Positions 1 to 6,435 of a stretch of 10,174 bases of DNA are shown here, piece by piece. Origin of the DNA: a virus. Taxonomy: Duplodnaviria > Heunggongvirae > Uroviricota > Caudoviricetes. The notes below the pieces were generated by a model. The model was not told the origin of the DNA, did no database searches, and worked only from the letters and a program-made list of their open reading frames with translations. The stretch lies in IMG/VR virus record IMGVR_UViG_2548876862_000020; one strand, 5' to 3'. The translations under genes were made by a program, and so were the position numbers. How positions within the stretch are numbered: position 1 is the stretch's first letter; each line of letters starts with the position of its first letter.

Positions 1-1251
1 GTGCTTACCGATACAAAATTAAAAAACCTCAAGCCGCAGGACAAACTGTACAAGGTCTCCGATCGTGACGGGCTGTATGTAGCTGTGCTTACGTCAGGCA
101 CGGTCTCGTTTCGCTATGACTACCGTATCAACGGTCGCCGCGAAACACTGGTAATCGGGCAGTATGGGCGTGACGGTATCAGCCTGGCAGAAGCGCGAGA
201 AGAACTGATTGCTGCAAAGAAGCTGCTTAAAGCAGGCCAGTCGCCGGCTGCGGCTAAACGTGACGGTATCAAAAAGATTCGTGGTGCCGAGACGTTTGCG
301 GTACATACCGACAGTTATATGAAACACGTCATCCTGGCTGACAGTACCCGCGCAATGAAGCAGACGGTGATCGACCGTGACATACTTCCGGTTCTTGGCA
401 ACAAAATGATGGCTGAAATTACCACATCGATGGTTCGTGATTTGTGTGACCGGATTGTCGAACGCGGTGGTCGGGCAACAGCAGTACAGGCCAGGGAAAT
501 CATCAGCAGCGTATACCGTCACGCCAATGACCGTGGTCATGGTTTGTTTAATCCTGCGGCTGACATTAAACCTTCGTCTATCGCCATATTTAAACCACGA
601 GAGCGAACACTGACACCAGAAGAAATTGGCCTGTTCTTCCGCACGCTGGATGCCATTGGTGCTATGGGCACTATGAAAATGGCTTTAAAGCTGGTGCTTA
701 TCACTATGGTTCGTAAAGGCGAATTCACCAATGCAACGTGGGATGAAATAGATTTTAAAAAATGGACATGGACAATTCCTTCAGACCGCATGAAGGGAAG
801 CCGGGCGCACGTTATTTACCTGCCTAAACAGGCACAGGATATATTGGTTGGGTTGCAGATGTGCGCTGGTGGAAGTGAATATCTGGTTCCTGGTCGTTAC
901 AATTTTCGGAAGCCATTATCTAATGCCGCGCTGAACTCTCTGATCGACAGAACGGTGAAAATAATAAATGAAGATGGTGAGCATATTCAGGGCTTCACCG
1001 TACACGATATGCGCCGTACAGCCAGTACGTTGTTGCATGAGGCTGGTTATCCTTCAGACTGGATTGAAAAGGCTATGGCACATGAGCAGAAAGGTGTGCG
1101 CGCCGTATATAACAAAGCGGAATACGCCAGACAGCGCGCCTACATGTTGCAGCAGTGGGCCGATATGATTGATTCCTGGATTAACAGGGAGCATACGGAT
1201 CTGATTCCGTTCTCCCCGTCGAAGTTTGAGAAGTGGATGGCGGGGGAATAA
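1..1251 (+). CDS. int: Phage tyrosine integrase, P4/IntA-like family
   Basis: 416-codon ORF from GTG at position 1. C-terminal region shows tyrosine-recombinase signature (MVRKGEF, HDMRRT, VRAVYNKAEY with candidate catalytic Tyr). N-terminus LTDTKLKNLKP resembles P4-type integrases. Start coincides with the window edge, so a few codons may lie upstream. Confidence 0.9.
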   Translation: MLTDTKLKNLKPQDKLYKVSDRDGLYVAVLTSGTVSFRYDYRINGRRETLVIGQYGRDGISLAEAREELIAAKKLLKAGQSPAAAKRDGIKKIRGAETFAVHTDSYMKHVILADSTRAMKQTVIDRDILPVLGNKMMAEITTSMVRDLCDRIVERGGRATAVQAREIISSVYRHANDRGHGLFNPAADIKPSSIAIFKPRERTLTPEEIGLFFRTLDAIGAMGTMKMALKLVLITMVRKGEFTNATWDEIDFKKWTWTIPSDRMKGSRAHVIYLPKQAQDILVGLQMCAGGSEYLVPGRYNFRKPLSNAALNSLIDRTVKIINEDGEHIQGFTVHDMRRTASTLLHEAGYPSDWIEKAMAHEQKGVRAVYNKAEYARQRAYMLQQWADMIDSWINREHTDLIPFSPSKFEKWMAGE

Positions 1252-1254
1252 CGT

Positions 1255-1449
1255 TTAATAGTTCTGCTGATTTTCTTCCATCTCTGCTTCTGCTGCCAGT
1301 GATTCAATTTTGTTTTCGAATATTGCTGACAGTGTTGCAAATTCAGCATCAGTGACAGCGGGAATTGGAACAAACCTGATCCCGCTGTGTGCAAGCATGT
1401 TTGCAGTTTCAAGGCATTTTCTTAAATCTGCTGGTGATGCCCTGTTCAT
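1255..1449 (-). CDS. Hypothetical small acidic protein (64 aa), translationally coupled to the methyltransferase
   Basis: Internal ATG at 1449-1447 of track ORF 1255..1569 overlaps the methyltransferase TGA stop (1448-1446) as ATGA. GGGAG sits 8-9 nt upstream. Stop lies 3 nt from the convergent int stop. The longer 104-aa form would overlap 120 nt of the methyltransferase gene and was not preferred. Confidence 0.5.
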   Translation of the reverse strand: MNRASPADLRKCLETANMLAHSGIRFVPIPAVTDAEFATLSAIFENKIESLAAEAEMEENQQNY

Positions 1450-2096
1450 GCAGCACGCTCCCGCCCCTGGTTGTCTGTTGGTGACAGCGGAGAATTGCTG
1501 AATGCATTTGTTAATCCGCCAATATCCAACGCGTATCCAGGGTGTAGTTGCACTGCCGGGTCTTCGCACTGATTACCCCAAACATCGAAGCCATGAGACG
1601 ACTGGCGGGCGAATAGTTCAATGCGAGAAACATCGCCTAACAATTGCACAAGTTTTTCACGAACGACATCTGGTTTTCTTGAGTGCTCAAGCCGCGGTGC
1701 GGTAAATGACTGAACGATCCCTGCATTAATGCGCGGAGGTAGTTTTCCCTTTACCGCAAACAGGCAATCTTCACTATTGGCGCGAGTCATGTGTCCCATA
1801 CCCATAACCAGTTTATCTGGTTGTCGACTACCACATTTTATCCACGTGAATCCCTTCATGGTCATCAGACGGAATCCCCAGGCTTCAACAACTTTTAGTG
1901 CTTCGAGTGGTTGTGTTGGCACCCACCACATGGCCAACAGACAGTTTTCATCGGCCAAATCCCACACAGGAAGGCGGCAGATATCCAGCACACTCATAAC
2001 CGGATATTTAAAACCGGCACCGCGATTACCATCTGCGGCTTTATCCCGGTATACCCAGGGTGGATCTGCATAGATTAGCGTGTATTTCTTAGTCAT
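1446..2096 (-). CDS. Orphan N6-adenine DNA methyltransferase, MT-A70 family
   Basis: 216-aa ORF with N-terminal IYADPPW (DPPW catalytic motif of MT-A70-type amino-methyltransferases). No adjacent restriction endonuclease gene. Lies in the prophage left arm, as do Dam-like methylases of Stx-type phages. Confidence 0.85.
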   Translation of the reverse strand: MTKKYTLIYADPPWVYRDKAADGNRGAGFKYPVMSVLDICRLPVWDLADENCLLAMWWVPTQPLEALKVVEAWGFRLMTMKGFTWIKCGSRQPDKLVMGMGHMTRANSEDCLFAVKGKLPPRINAGIVQSFTAPRLEHSRKPDVVREKLVQLLGDVSRIELFARQSSHGFDVWGNQCEDPAVQLHPGYALDIGGLTNAFSNSPLSPTDNQGRERAA

Positions 2097-2388
2097 AAAC
2101 CACCCCGCAACATCCTATGCCGCTATAGTCGCCACGGCGAAGGCCGTTACCTTTTGTGATACATTGGTCCCTGCGAACCGCGATCCTTGCACGCTCAACA
2201 TCACCAGAAGCAACATCCATACACTGAAGCCAAAGGTGGGCAGCAATGCGGAACTGCCCTTTTTTCTCTCTTTCAATCGCGCGTTTTTCGATCTCTATCG
2301 CCGCAGGAGTAACGGCAACAACCTTTGAAGGGCTGCGCATTGAAACCTTGTTCATGTGATATTTTTCAAGTCGGCTTAACTTTCTCAC
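2089..2388 (-). CDS. Hypothetical basic protein (99 aa) with C-terminal Cys cluster; first gene of the methyltransferase block
   Basis: ORF with GTG start at 2388 preceded by GAGAGGG. Its 3' end overlaps the methyltransferase start by 8 nt. Arg/Lys-rich, ends in GIGCCGVVYD. Family not recognised with confidence (possibly ANR-like small regulator). Confidence 0.5.
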   Translation of the reverse strand: MRKLSRLEKYHMNKVSMRSPSKVVAVTPAAIEIEKRAIEREKKGQFRIAAHLWLQCMDVASGDVERARIAVRRDQCITKGNGLRRGDYSGIGCCGVVYD

Positions 2389-2497
2389 TTAATCCAACCC
2401 TCTCTGAAAATTAATGCCAGCAGATAAAGCCATGCTGAAACAGAGGCCAGGAATAAGTACCATCCTGACCATTTGCTCCAGTGCCTTAGCAGCACAC

Positions 2498-2746
2498 TCA
2501 TGCCGCGTTGCTCACAGGACGATATACACGTTGCTGAACAGGAGGTTTTTTACCCTGGAACTCTGCCGGGCTTGCTGCCTGACGTTCATCAAGCCAACGC
2601 TCAACTTCATCACGGTTCCATGCGCAGCGTTTGTCAGTGATATACCAGCGTTTAGGAAATTCCCCTGCGCGCTCCATACGGTCGATAGTGCTCCATGACA
2701 GTGGCACCACCGCCAGGAGTTCCTTCTTACCTAATGCACCTTTCAT
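2498..2746 (-). CDS. AlpA-family HTH protein (prophage regulatory / excisionase-like)
   Basis: 82-aa ORF with ATG at 2746 preceded by AGAGAGG. Segment LLAVVPLSWSTIDRMERAGEFPKRWYITDKRCAWNRDEVERW matches the AlpA/Vis-type winged-HTH pattern. Confidence 0.7.
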   Translation of the reverse strand: MKGALGKKELLAVVPLSWSTIDRMERAGEFPKRWYITDKRCAWNRDEVERWLDERQAASPAEFQGKKPPVQQRVYRPVSNAA

Positions 2747-2795
2747 AAATACCTCTCTTGGTTGCAGTGCGGCGCGCGTGGCGCCGCGGTGGTGG

Positions 2796-3677
2796 TTACA
2801 TAGATGTTTCGTTTAATTCTTCCCGACGAACGCTGTAAACGTCGGTGGCTTTTGCCAGCAGTTCGTCATCATCTGAAAGTTTTTGTGCAATGTATTTGTA
2901 AGCCTTATCCAGTTCGGAGACAGTGCTGTAATTCATCGCTGCGCTGGTAAAGGCCATCAGCATTTCTTCTGGATCACGGCTATCCGCTTTACGCGTTTGC
3001 TCATCATGCTTTTTCGCTGGTTTAGCGTTGATCAGACTGTTCATTCCCGCAGCAGTAGTCGTTTGCGGAGTAATGTCTCGCTCAACGCGCGGTGCCGTTT
3101 CCTGTAATTCGTCAGGGGTGTAAACACCGAGAAGCACATCAGGAGCGTGCAGGCGAGCCCATCGTTTCGTGCAAAGATAGGCAAGCTGCTGGCGCGGATC
3201 CTGTTCCCACAATGGAGAGTTACGCACTCCGGCTTGCGCCATACTGATGGTAAGCTCACGGGGTTCTGCTTCTCCTTTAAGAACTGCTGACACAGTTACC
3301 GTCAGATTCGGTGATTTATCTGTTTTGCCGTTAACATTCGACCAGTCACCGCTCCAGCGATAATTCAGGCGTGTCGCTAGCAGGCTGGAAGAGGATACGA
3401 CCGCGTTTACCAACTGTGCTTCGTAGCCTAACGTTCCGTTTACCACATGCGTTTTCTGCGCCACGGCGAAAGGGTTCATTCCCCACTGTGCCGCCTGCAT
3501 GGTCACCGCCAGACAATCGGAAGGTTTGCCTTCAAGATGTTTCGGTACAGTCGCTTTGCTTTGTGACATCAACTCCGCGAAACGCACCAGTTGATTCATG
3601 CCCTCGGGGCTGAAGATTGCCGCAGCAGTGCCTACAGTTGCGCCTGGTTGTGATGTGATTGCGATATCATTGCTCAT
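2796..3677 (-). CDS. recT: RecT/Bet-family single-strand annealing recombinase
   Basis: 293-aa ORF. Segments MQAAQWGMNPF and RVERDITP resemble lambda Bet / RecT. Start ATG overlaps the upstream exonuclease stop as ATGA (3677-3674). Confidence 0.85.
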   Translation of the reverse strand: MSNDIAITSQPGATVGTAAAIFSPEGMNQLVRFAELMSQSKATVPKHLEGKPSDCLAVTMQAAQWGMNPFAVAQKTHVVNGTLGYEAQLVNAVVSSSSLLATRLNYRWSGDWSNVNGKTDKSPNLTVTVSAVLKGEAEPRELTISMAQAGVRNSPLWEQDPRQQLAYLCTKRWARLHAPDVLLGVYTPDELQETAPRVERDITPQTTTAAGMNSLINAKPAKKHDEQTRKADSRDPEEMLMAFTSAAMNYSTVSELDKAYKYIAQKLSDDDELLAKATDVYSVRREELNETSM

Positions 3678-4495
3678 ACATACATATCCTGTTTACGTGC
3701 CCAGTCAGGGCGTTTAATAATTTCCACTCCGCCCCATTCATCGTTGATGCGGCATTCGTGATAGGTATTCAGATCCCGGCGGAACAGAGCGTGCCCGGCA
3801 TCGACATCCTGCGCATCCAGCTCGAACACGCGTACCGGATACCGACCACAATCAATGCTTTCGCTCACGGCAAGAAAGAAAAAACCATGCGTCTGACCAG
3901 TAACCCTCATTGCGCCTTCGCGGTACATTGCGTCCTGCACGTGGTAGCGGAATTCCTCGATGTGGCGTGCAAAACGGTCCATATCTGCAACCTTTTTCAC
4001 GTCGACGATCACGTTGTGCTCGTTCAGCCATTTGTCTGGACGAATGCGGCACAACTCACCAGTATCTTCATCGTTCCAGTACATTGATGCTTCGCAGTAA
4101 CCAGGTGCTTCCAGCATCCAGCGTGCCGCCGGGTGAGCCATTGCGCTATCACGCATCAGCTCCAGTTTCCGCCACTGCTCGGCATCAAGTACCGTAATCC
4201 CCATATCCGCCACATCACGAAGAAATGCCTCTTCGTCAGCTTTACCTTGTTTCGTCCGACGATCGAATTTCGGTGAAACAATGAAGCGTTTGTCGAACTC
4301 TCCAGGCTCCAGAAGCAGACAGTGCAATGCGGTTCCCATATCCAGTGCAGACTTTTTCTCTTCGTCTTCTGGTGCTGCCTGAACCCATTTAAGAAGCGCC
4401 GGATTCTTGGCAACCATGTCCAGTTGCGACTTACTCACGCCGTCACCTGCGTGGTAGTCTTCGTTGCTGATGTCGAAATAAATTCCCGGTTTCAT
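3674..4495 (-). CDS. RecE-like short-form exonuclease (exonuclease VIII-like, PD-(D/E)XK fold)
   Basis: 273-aa ORF starting MKPGIYFDISNEDYHAGDGVSKSQLD, typical of prophage short exonuclease VIII-like proteins. Candidate D...E-x-K nuclease motif around RPDKW...VDVKK. Paired and translationally coupled with recT. Confidence 0.8.
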   Translation of the reverse strand: MKPGIYFDISNEDYHAGDGVSKSQLDMVAKNPALLKWVQAAPEDEEKKSALDMGTALHCLLLEPGEFDKRFIVSPKFDRRTKQGKADEEAFLRDVADMGITVLDAEQWRKLELMRDSAMAHPAARWMLEAPGYCEASMYWNDEDTGELCRIRPDKWLNEHNVIVDVKKVADMDRFARHIEEFRYHVQDAMYREGAMRVTGQTHGFFFLAVSESIDCGRYPVRVFELDAQDVDAGHALFRRDLNTYHECRINDEWGGVEIIKRPDWARKQDMYV

Positions 4496-4791
4496 GCCGC
4501 GTCCCTCTGCCCATCAAGCTGATCTGCCAGATCCCAGCGCGCTATAATTGCCATTGCCTCGCGCCGGTAGGCATCCATCAGTTCTTCGAACTCAGGGCTG
4601 TCTTTAGCAGCCTCCAGCACTTCCTGACGAACGCCTTTGCCTGTTACAACGTCGAAAGTTGAGGACAGTTGATGGAGTCGGATGCTCTCAATCAGTTCAA
4701 CTTGTCGGTCATATAGCTGTTCTGACAGGCGGTAGTCCTTGTCGAATGCCAGCATGATTTTTTGAAGATTTTTCTGCTGATTAACGTTCAT
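4492..4791 (-). CDS. Hypothetical protein (99 aa) immediately upstream of and coupled to the exonuclease
   Basis: ATG at 4791 preceded by GGGAGGG at 6-nt spacing. Stop overlaps the exonuclease start as ATGA (4495-4492). Track start at 4806 lacks an SD. Confidence 0.55.
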   Translation of the reverse strand: MNVNQQKNLQKIMLAFDKDYRLSEQLYDRQVELIESIRLHQLSSTFDVVTGKGVRQEVLEAAKDSPEFEELMDAYRREAMAIIARWDLADQLDGQRDAA

Positions 4792-4793
4792 TA

Positions 4794-4946
4794 TCAGCCC
4801 TCCCATATCTCGTTATCGTTGGCTACATCGCGAGCTTCTTTGCTGACGAAAGCCCACTTAATGCCTTCCTGTAAGGTGCGGAACTTCCAGCTCATGAATC
4901 CGCATGCAGCAACGCAGTACCAACCGTTGATGATTTTCCACTGCAT
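4794..4946 (-). CDS. Small Trp-rich ORF (50 aa), first gene downstream of pL
   Basis: Hand-translated, not in ORF track: MQWKIINGWYCVAACGFMSWKFRTLQEGIKWAFVSKEARDVANDNEIWEG. ATG 4946 preceded by GAGGT at 8 nt. E. coli-like codon choice. Its 3' end supplies the SD for the next gene. Confidence 0.35.
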   Translation of the reverse strand: MQWKIINGWYCVAACGFMSWKFRTLQEGIKWAFVSKEARDVANDNEIWEG

Positions 4947-4965
4947 AACTTGTTACCTCGGTCTG

Positions 4966-5042
4966 TTACCGTTGAGGTAATGATTATGCGTATCTGGTTT
5001 GATGTCAATAGATATGAGTTAAAAAAATTACCCATAAGGTAA
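4966..5042 (-). promoter_or_regulatory. pL-like promoter flanked by two operator palindromes
   Basis: Minus strand reads operator TTACCTTATGGGTAA (5042-5028), 19 bp, -35 TTGACA (5008-5003), 17-bp spacer, -10 AATCAT (4985-4980), operator TTACCTCAACGGTAA (4980-4966). Operator centres are 62 bp apart. Confidence 0.6.
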
Positions 5043-5052
5043 TCTTGCTGGC

Positions 5053-5079
5053 AATAAAAAAGCCGCCATGAGGCGGCTT
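5053..5079 (-). terminator. Rho-independent terminator downstream of the repressor gene
   Basis: GC stem gccgcc (5062-5067) / ggcggc (5072-5077), extendable by 2 A-T pairs, with 4-nt loop. Followed on the minus strand by UUUUAUU. Lies 21 bp after the repressor stop. Confidence 0.7.
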
Positions 5080-5099
5080 ACTTGCTGAAAACTATAGTT

Positions 5100-5708
5100 T
5101 TATTGTTTGCTTTTTTCGTTCTGGTTGATGACAAATTCAATGTAACTTTCGATCTTTGCTTTCTCGGTTTCGGGTAACAATGCGTAGCGCGAGCGGTCAT
5201 AGTTGATAGTCGCAGGGTCGTGCGGGTGAATCAGTAGTTCATATCCGTGACGCCCGAATGCGGATGCAACATTCTCCAGGGTGGAAATGGAAACGCTGAC
5301 CTCATTGTTTAACAGGCGGCTGATTGTCACCTGGGCGACGCCGGATGCGCGGTGAAGTTTTCCCTGCGTTGAAAGGTCGCGGCTTTCGCTCATCCAGCGT
5401 TCCAGGTTGTGAGCCGCCAGCTGACCAATGTCGCTTGGTCCGACAGGCTGAAAACCTTCCTGAGAAAGCGAGCGATCGATATCAAGCCAGTTACGGGGTT
5501 TATTGGCGGCAGCTTCAATTTTTCGCGCAACCTGGTCGCCGATAACCTTCTTGCCAAGAGCCCAGCGGTTTACCAGATTTGCCTGAGTTCCAAGTTTTTC
5601 TGCCATCCGCGTCTGAACACCATTGAATTCACGGTCGATCAAGTCGTTGAGATTTTGCCTGCGGACGTCCTGGATACTTTTCATTTTCTGGAAAATCGCC
5701 TCATACAT
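5100..5708 (-). CDS. Prophage immunity repressor (CI-like position) with two HTH domains and no apparent S24 peptidase domain
   Basis: 202-aa ORF divergent from the cro-like gene across the operator region. N-terminal HTH (QTRMAEKLGTQANLVNRWALGKK) and a second XRE-type HTH (SGVAQVTISRLLNNEVSVSISTLENVASAFG). No room or motif for a LexA-like Ser/Lys autocleavage domain. Confidence 0.75.
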   Translation of the reverse strand: MYEAIFQKMKSIQDVRRQNLNDLIDREFNGVQTRMAEKLGTQANLVNRWALGKKVIGDQVARKIEAAANKPRNWLDIDRSLSQEGFQPVGPSDIGQLAAHNLERWMSESRDLSTQGKLHRASGVAQVTISRLLNNEVSVSISTLENVASAFGRHGYELLIHPHDPATINYDRSRYALLPETEKAKIESYIEFVINQNEKSKQ

Positions 5709-5739
5709 GAATCAGTAGATGATTCAATTTAAAGCAATA

Positions 5740-5813
5740 TTACCCAACAGGTAAATGCACCCCATAGGTAACTATCCTTGATTTTTGTTACCTTATGGGT
5801 GAATATTTATTAT
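5740..5813. promoter_or_regulatory. OR-like operator/promoter region between repressor and cro-like genes
   Basis: Three palindromes: 5740-5754 ttacccaacaggtaa, 5757-5771 gcaccccataggtaa (degenerate), 5788-5802 ttaccttatgggtga. Candidate pR: -35 TTGTTA (5785-5790), 17 bp, -10 TATTAT (5808-5813). Candidate pRM on minus strand: -10 AATCAT (5724-5719), a few nt before the repressor ATG. Confidence 0.55.
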
Positions 5814-5838
5814 CTGAAATAAATATCAGGCAATAGCT

Positions 5839-6069
5839 ATGAGCGATAACGGACATTTCGATTTCAAAAAGCACTGGCTTGCACTTACTCCGGATGAGCG
5901 TGAAGCCTTCGCACAGGAAGCCGGAACGACGAGTCACTATATCCAGACTCACTTAACAGGTAAGCGCAAAATGCCAGGTAAAGTATTGATGAATGGGCTT
6001 TTTAAAGCCTGTAAATCAAGACAATGGTTGCGCTCAAAAGCAGAACTGGCATACTTCTTCTACTCATGA
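5839..6069 (+). CDS. Cro-like HTH regulator (YdaS/Cro-type)
   Basis: 76-aa ORF divergent from the repressor. HTH-like segment LTPDEREAFAQEAGTTSHYIQTHLTGKRKMP. Occupies the cro position. Confidence 0.65.
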   Translation: MSDNGHFDFKKHWLALTPDEREAFAQEAGTTSHYIQTHLTGKRKMPGKVLMNGLFKACKSRQWLRSKAELAYFFYS

Positions 6070-6090
6070 TATCCAGCCACAACCCTCTGT

Positions 6091-6114
6091 AGACCGCCAT
6101 CCGGCGGTCTTTTC
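6091..6114 (+). terminator. Intrinsic terminator after the cro-like gene (tR1-like position)
   Basis: Stem agaccgcc (6091-6098) / ggcggtct (6103-6110), loop atcc, followed by TTTT (6111-6114). Confidence 0.6.
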
Positions 6115-6219
6115 ATATCTATTCGCACCTCAAAGGTAATAAAAAACCAAATCTGGTTGATCTTTTTTTTGTGTCAGCACAAAATAACCGTAATCCCAAT
6201 ACTAATAACAGGGCTTACC

Positions 6220-6420
6220 ATGGAAATCATTACACGTATTGATGCCGCAAAGCGCGGACTTAAACGCTACTACACCGGAAAACCATGTAAGCACGGACAT
6301 GACAGTGAACGCTGGGTTTACAACGGACACTGTGTTGAGTGCACCATGGAATCAAACCGTCGCATCAGGGCAGAGATTAAGCAGATCATGATTAATTCCT
6401 CCCCACAACATTCAAGCTGA
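6220..6420 (+). CDS. Small Cys/His zinc-ribbon-like protein (66 aa) at the cII position
   Basis: Internal ATG 6220 of track ORF 6157..6420. Upstream part of the track ORF overlaps the terminator region and is hydrophobic junk. Motif C-K-H-G-H ... C-V-E-C. Confidence 0.5.
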   Translation: MEIITRIDAAKRGLKRYYTGKPCKHGHDSERWVYNGHCVECTMESNRRIRAEIKQIMINSSPQHSS

Positions 6421-6435
6421 TAGCGGAGATTAATC

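Noticed and set aside
94-1168. Track ORFs 94..540(-), 315..503(-), 537..791(-), 968..1168(+) inside the integrase gene
   Set aside because: All lie within or antisense to a clearly coding 416-codon integrase frame with conserved catalytic motifs. No RBS, and the translations are low-complexity.
1140-1569. Track ORFs 1140..1412(-), 1310..1501(+), and the long 104-aa form of 1255..1569(-)
   Set aside because: The long form overlaps 120 nt of the methyltransferase 3' end. The internal ATG at 1449 gives an ATGA overlap with an SD, so the 64-aa form is preferred. The others are antisense or overlapping frames with no start context.
1502-4522. Plus-strand track ORFs (1502..1705, 1729..2073, 2080..2328, 2414..2698, 2631..2816, 2883..3107, 3371..3613, 3659..4087, 3910..4197, 4322..4522) and minus ORFs 3041..3259, 3852..4052, 4156..4413
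   Set aside because: All are antisense or alternative frames within the methyltransferase, AlpA, recT and exonuclease genes, which have recognisable domains and coupled starts.
4762-4980. Track ORF 4762..4980(+) across the pL region
   Set aside because: Runs antisense through the 50-codon ORF and the pL operator/promoter. No SD. The region is better explained as the leftward operon start.
4947-5099. LexA (SOS) box in the pL or OR regions
   Set aside because: No CTGT-N8-ACAG-type sequence was seen. The palindromes present are TTACC-N5-GGTAA, a different motif. A systematic scan was not possible by eye.
5324-5732. Track ORFs 5324..5545(+) and 5409..5732(+) inside the repressor gene
   Set aside because: Antisense to the 202-aa repressor, whose HTH motifs and operator context support the minus-strand frame.
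6157-6219. Upstream start (6157) for the zinc-ribbon gene
   Set aside because: That N-terminal extension (MIFFLCQHKITVIPILITGLT) overlaps the terminator-like T8 tract and has no SD. The internal ATG 6220 with AGGG upstream is more plausible.
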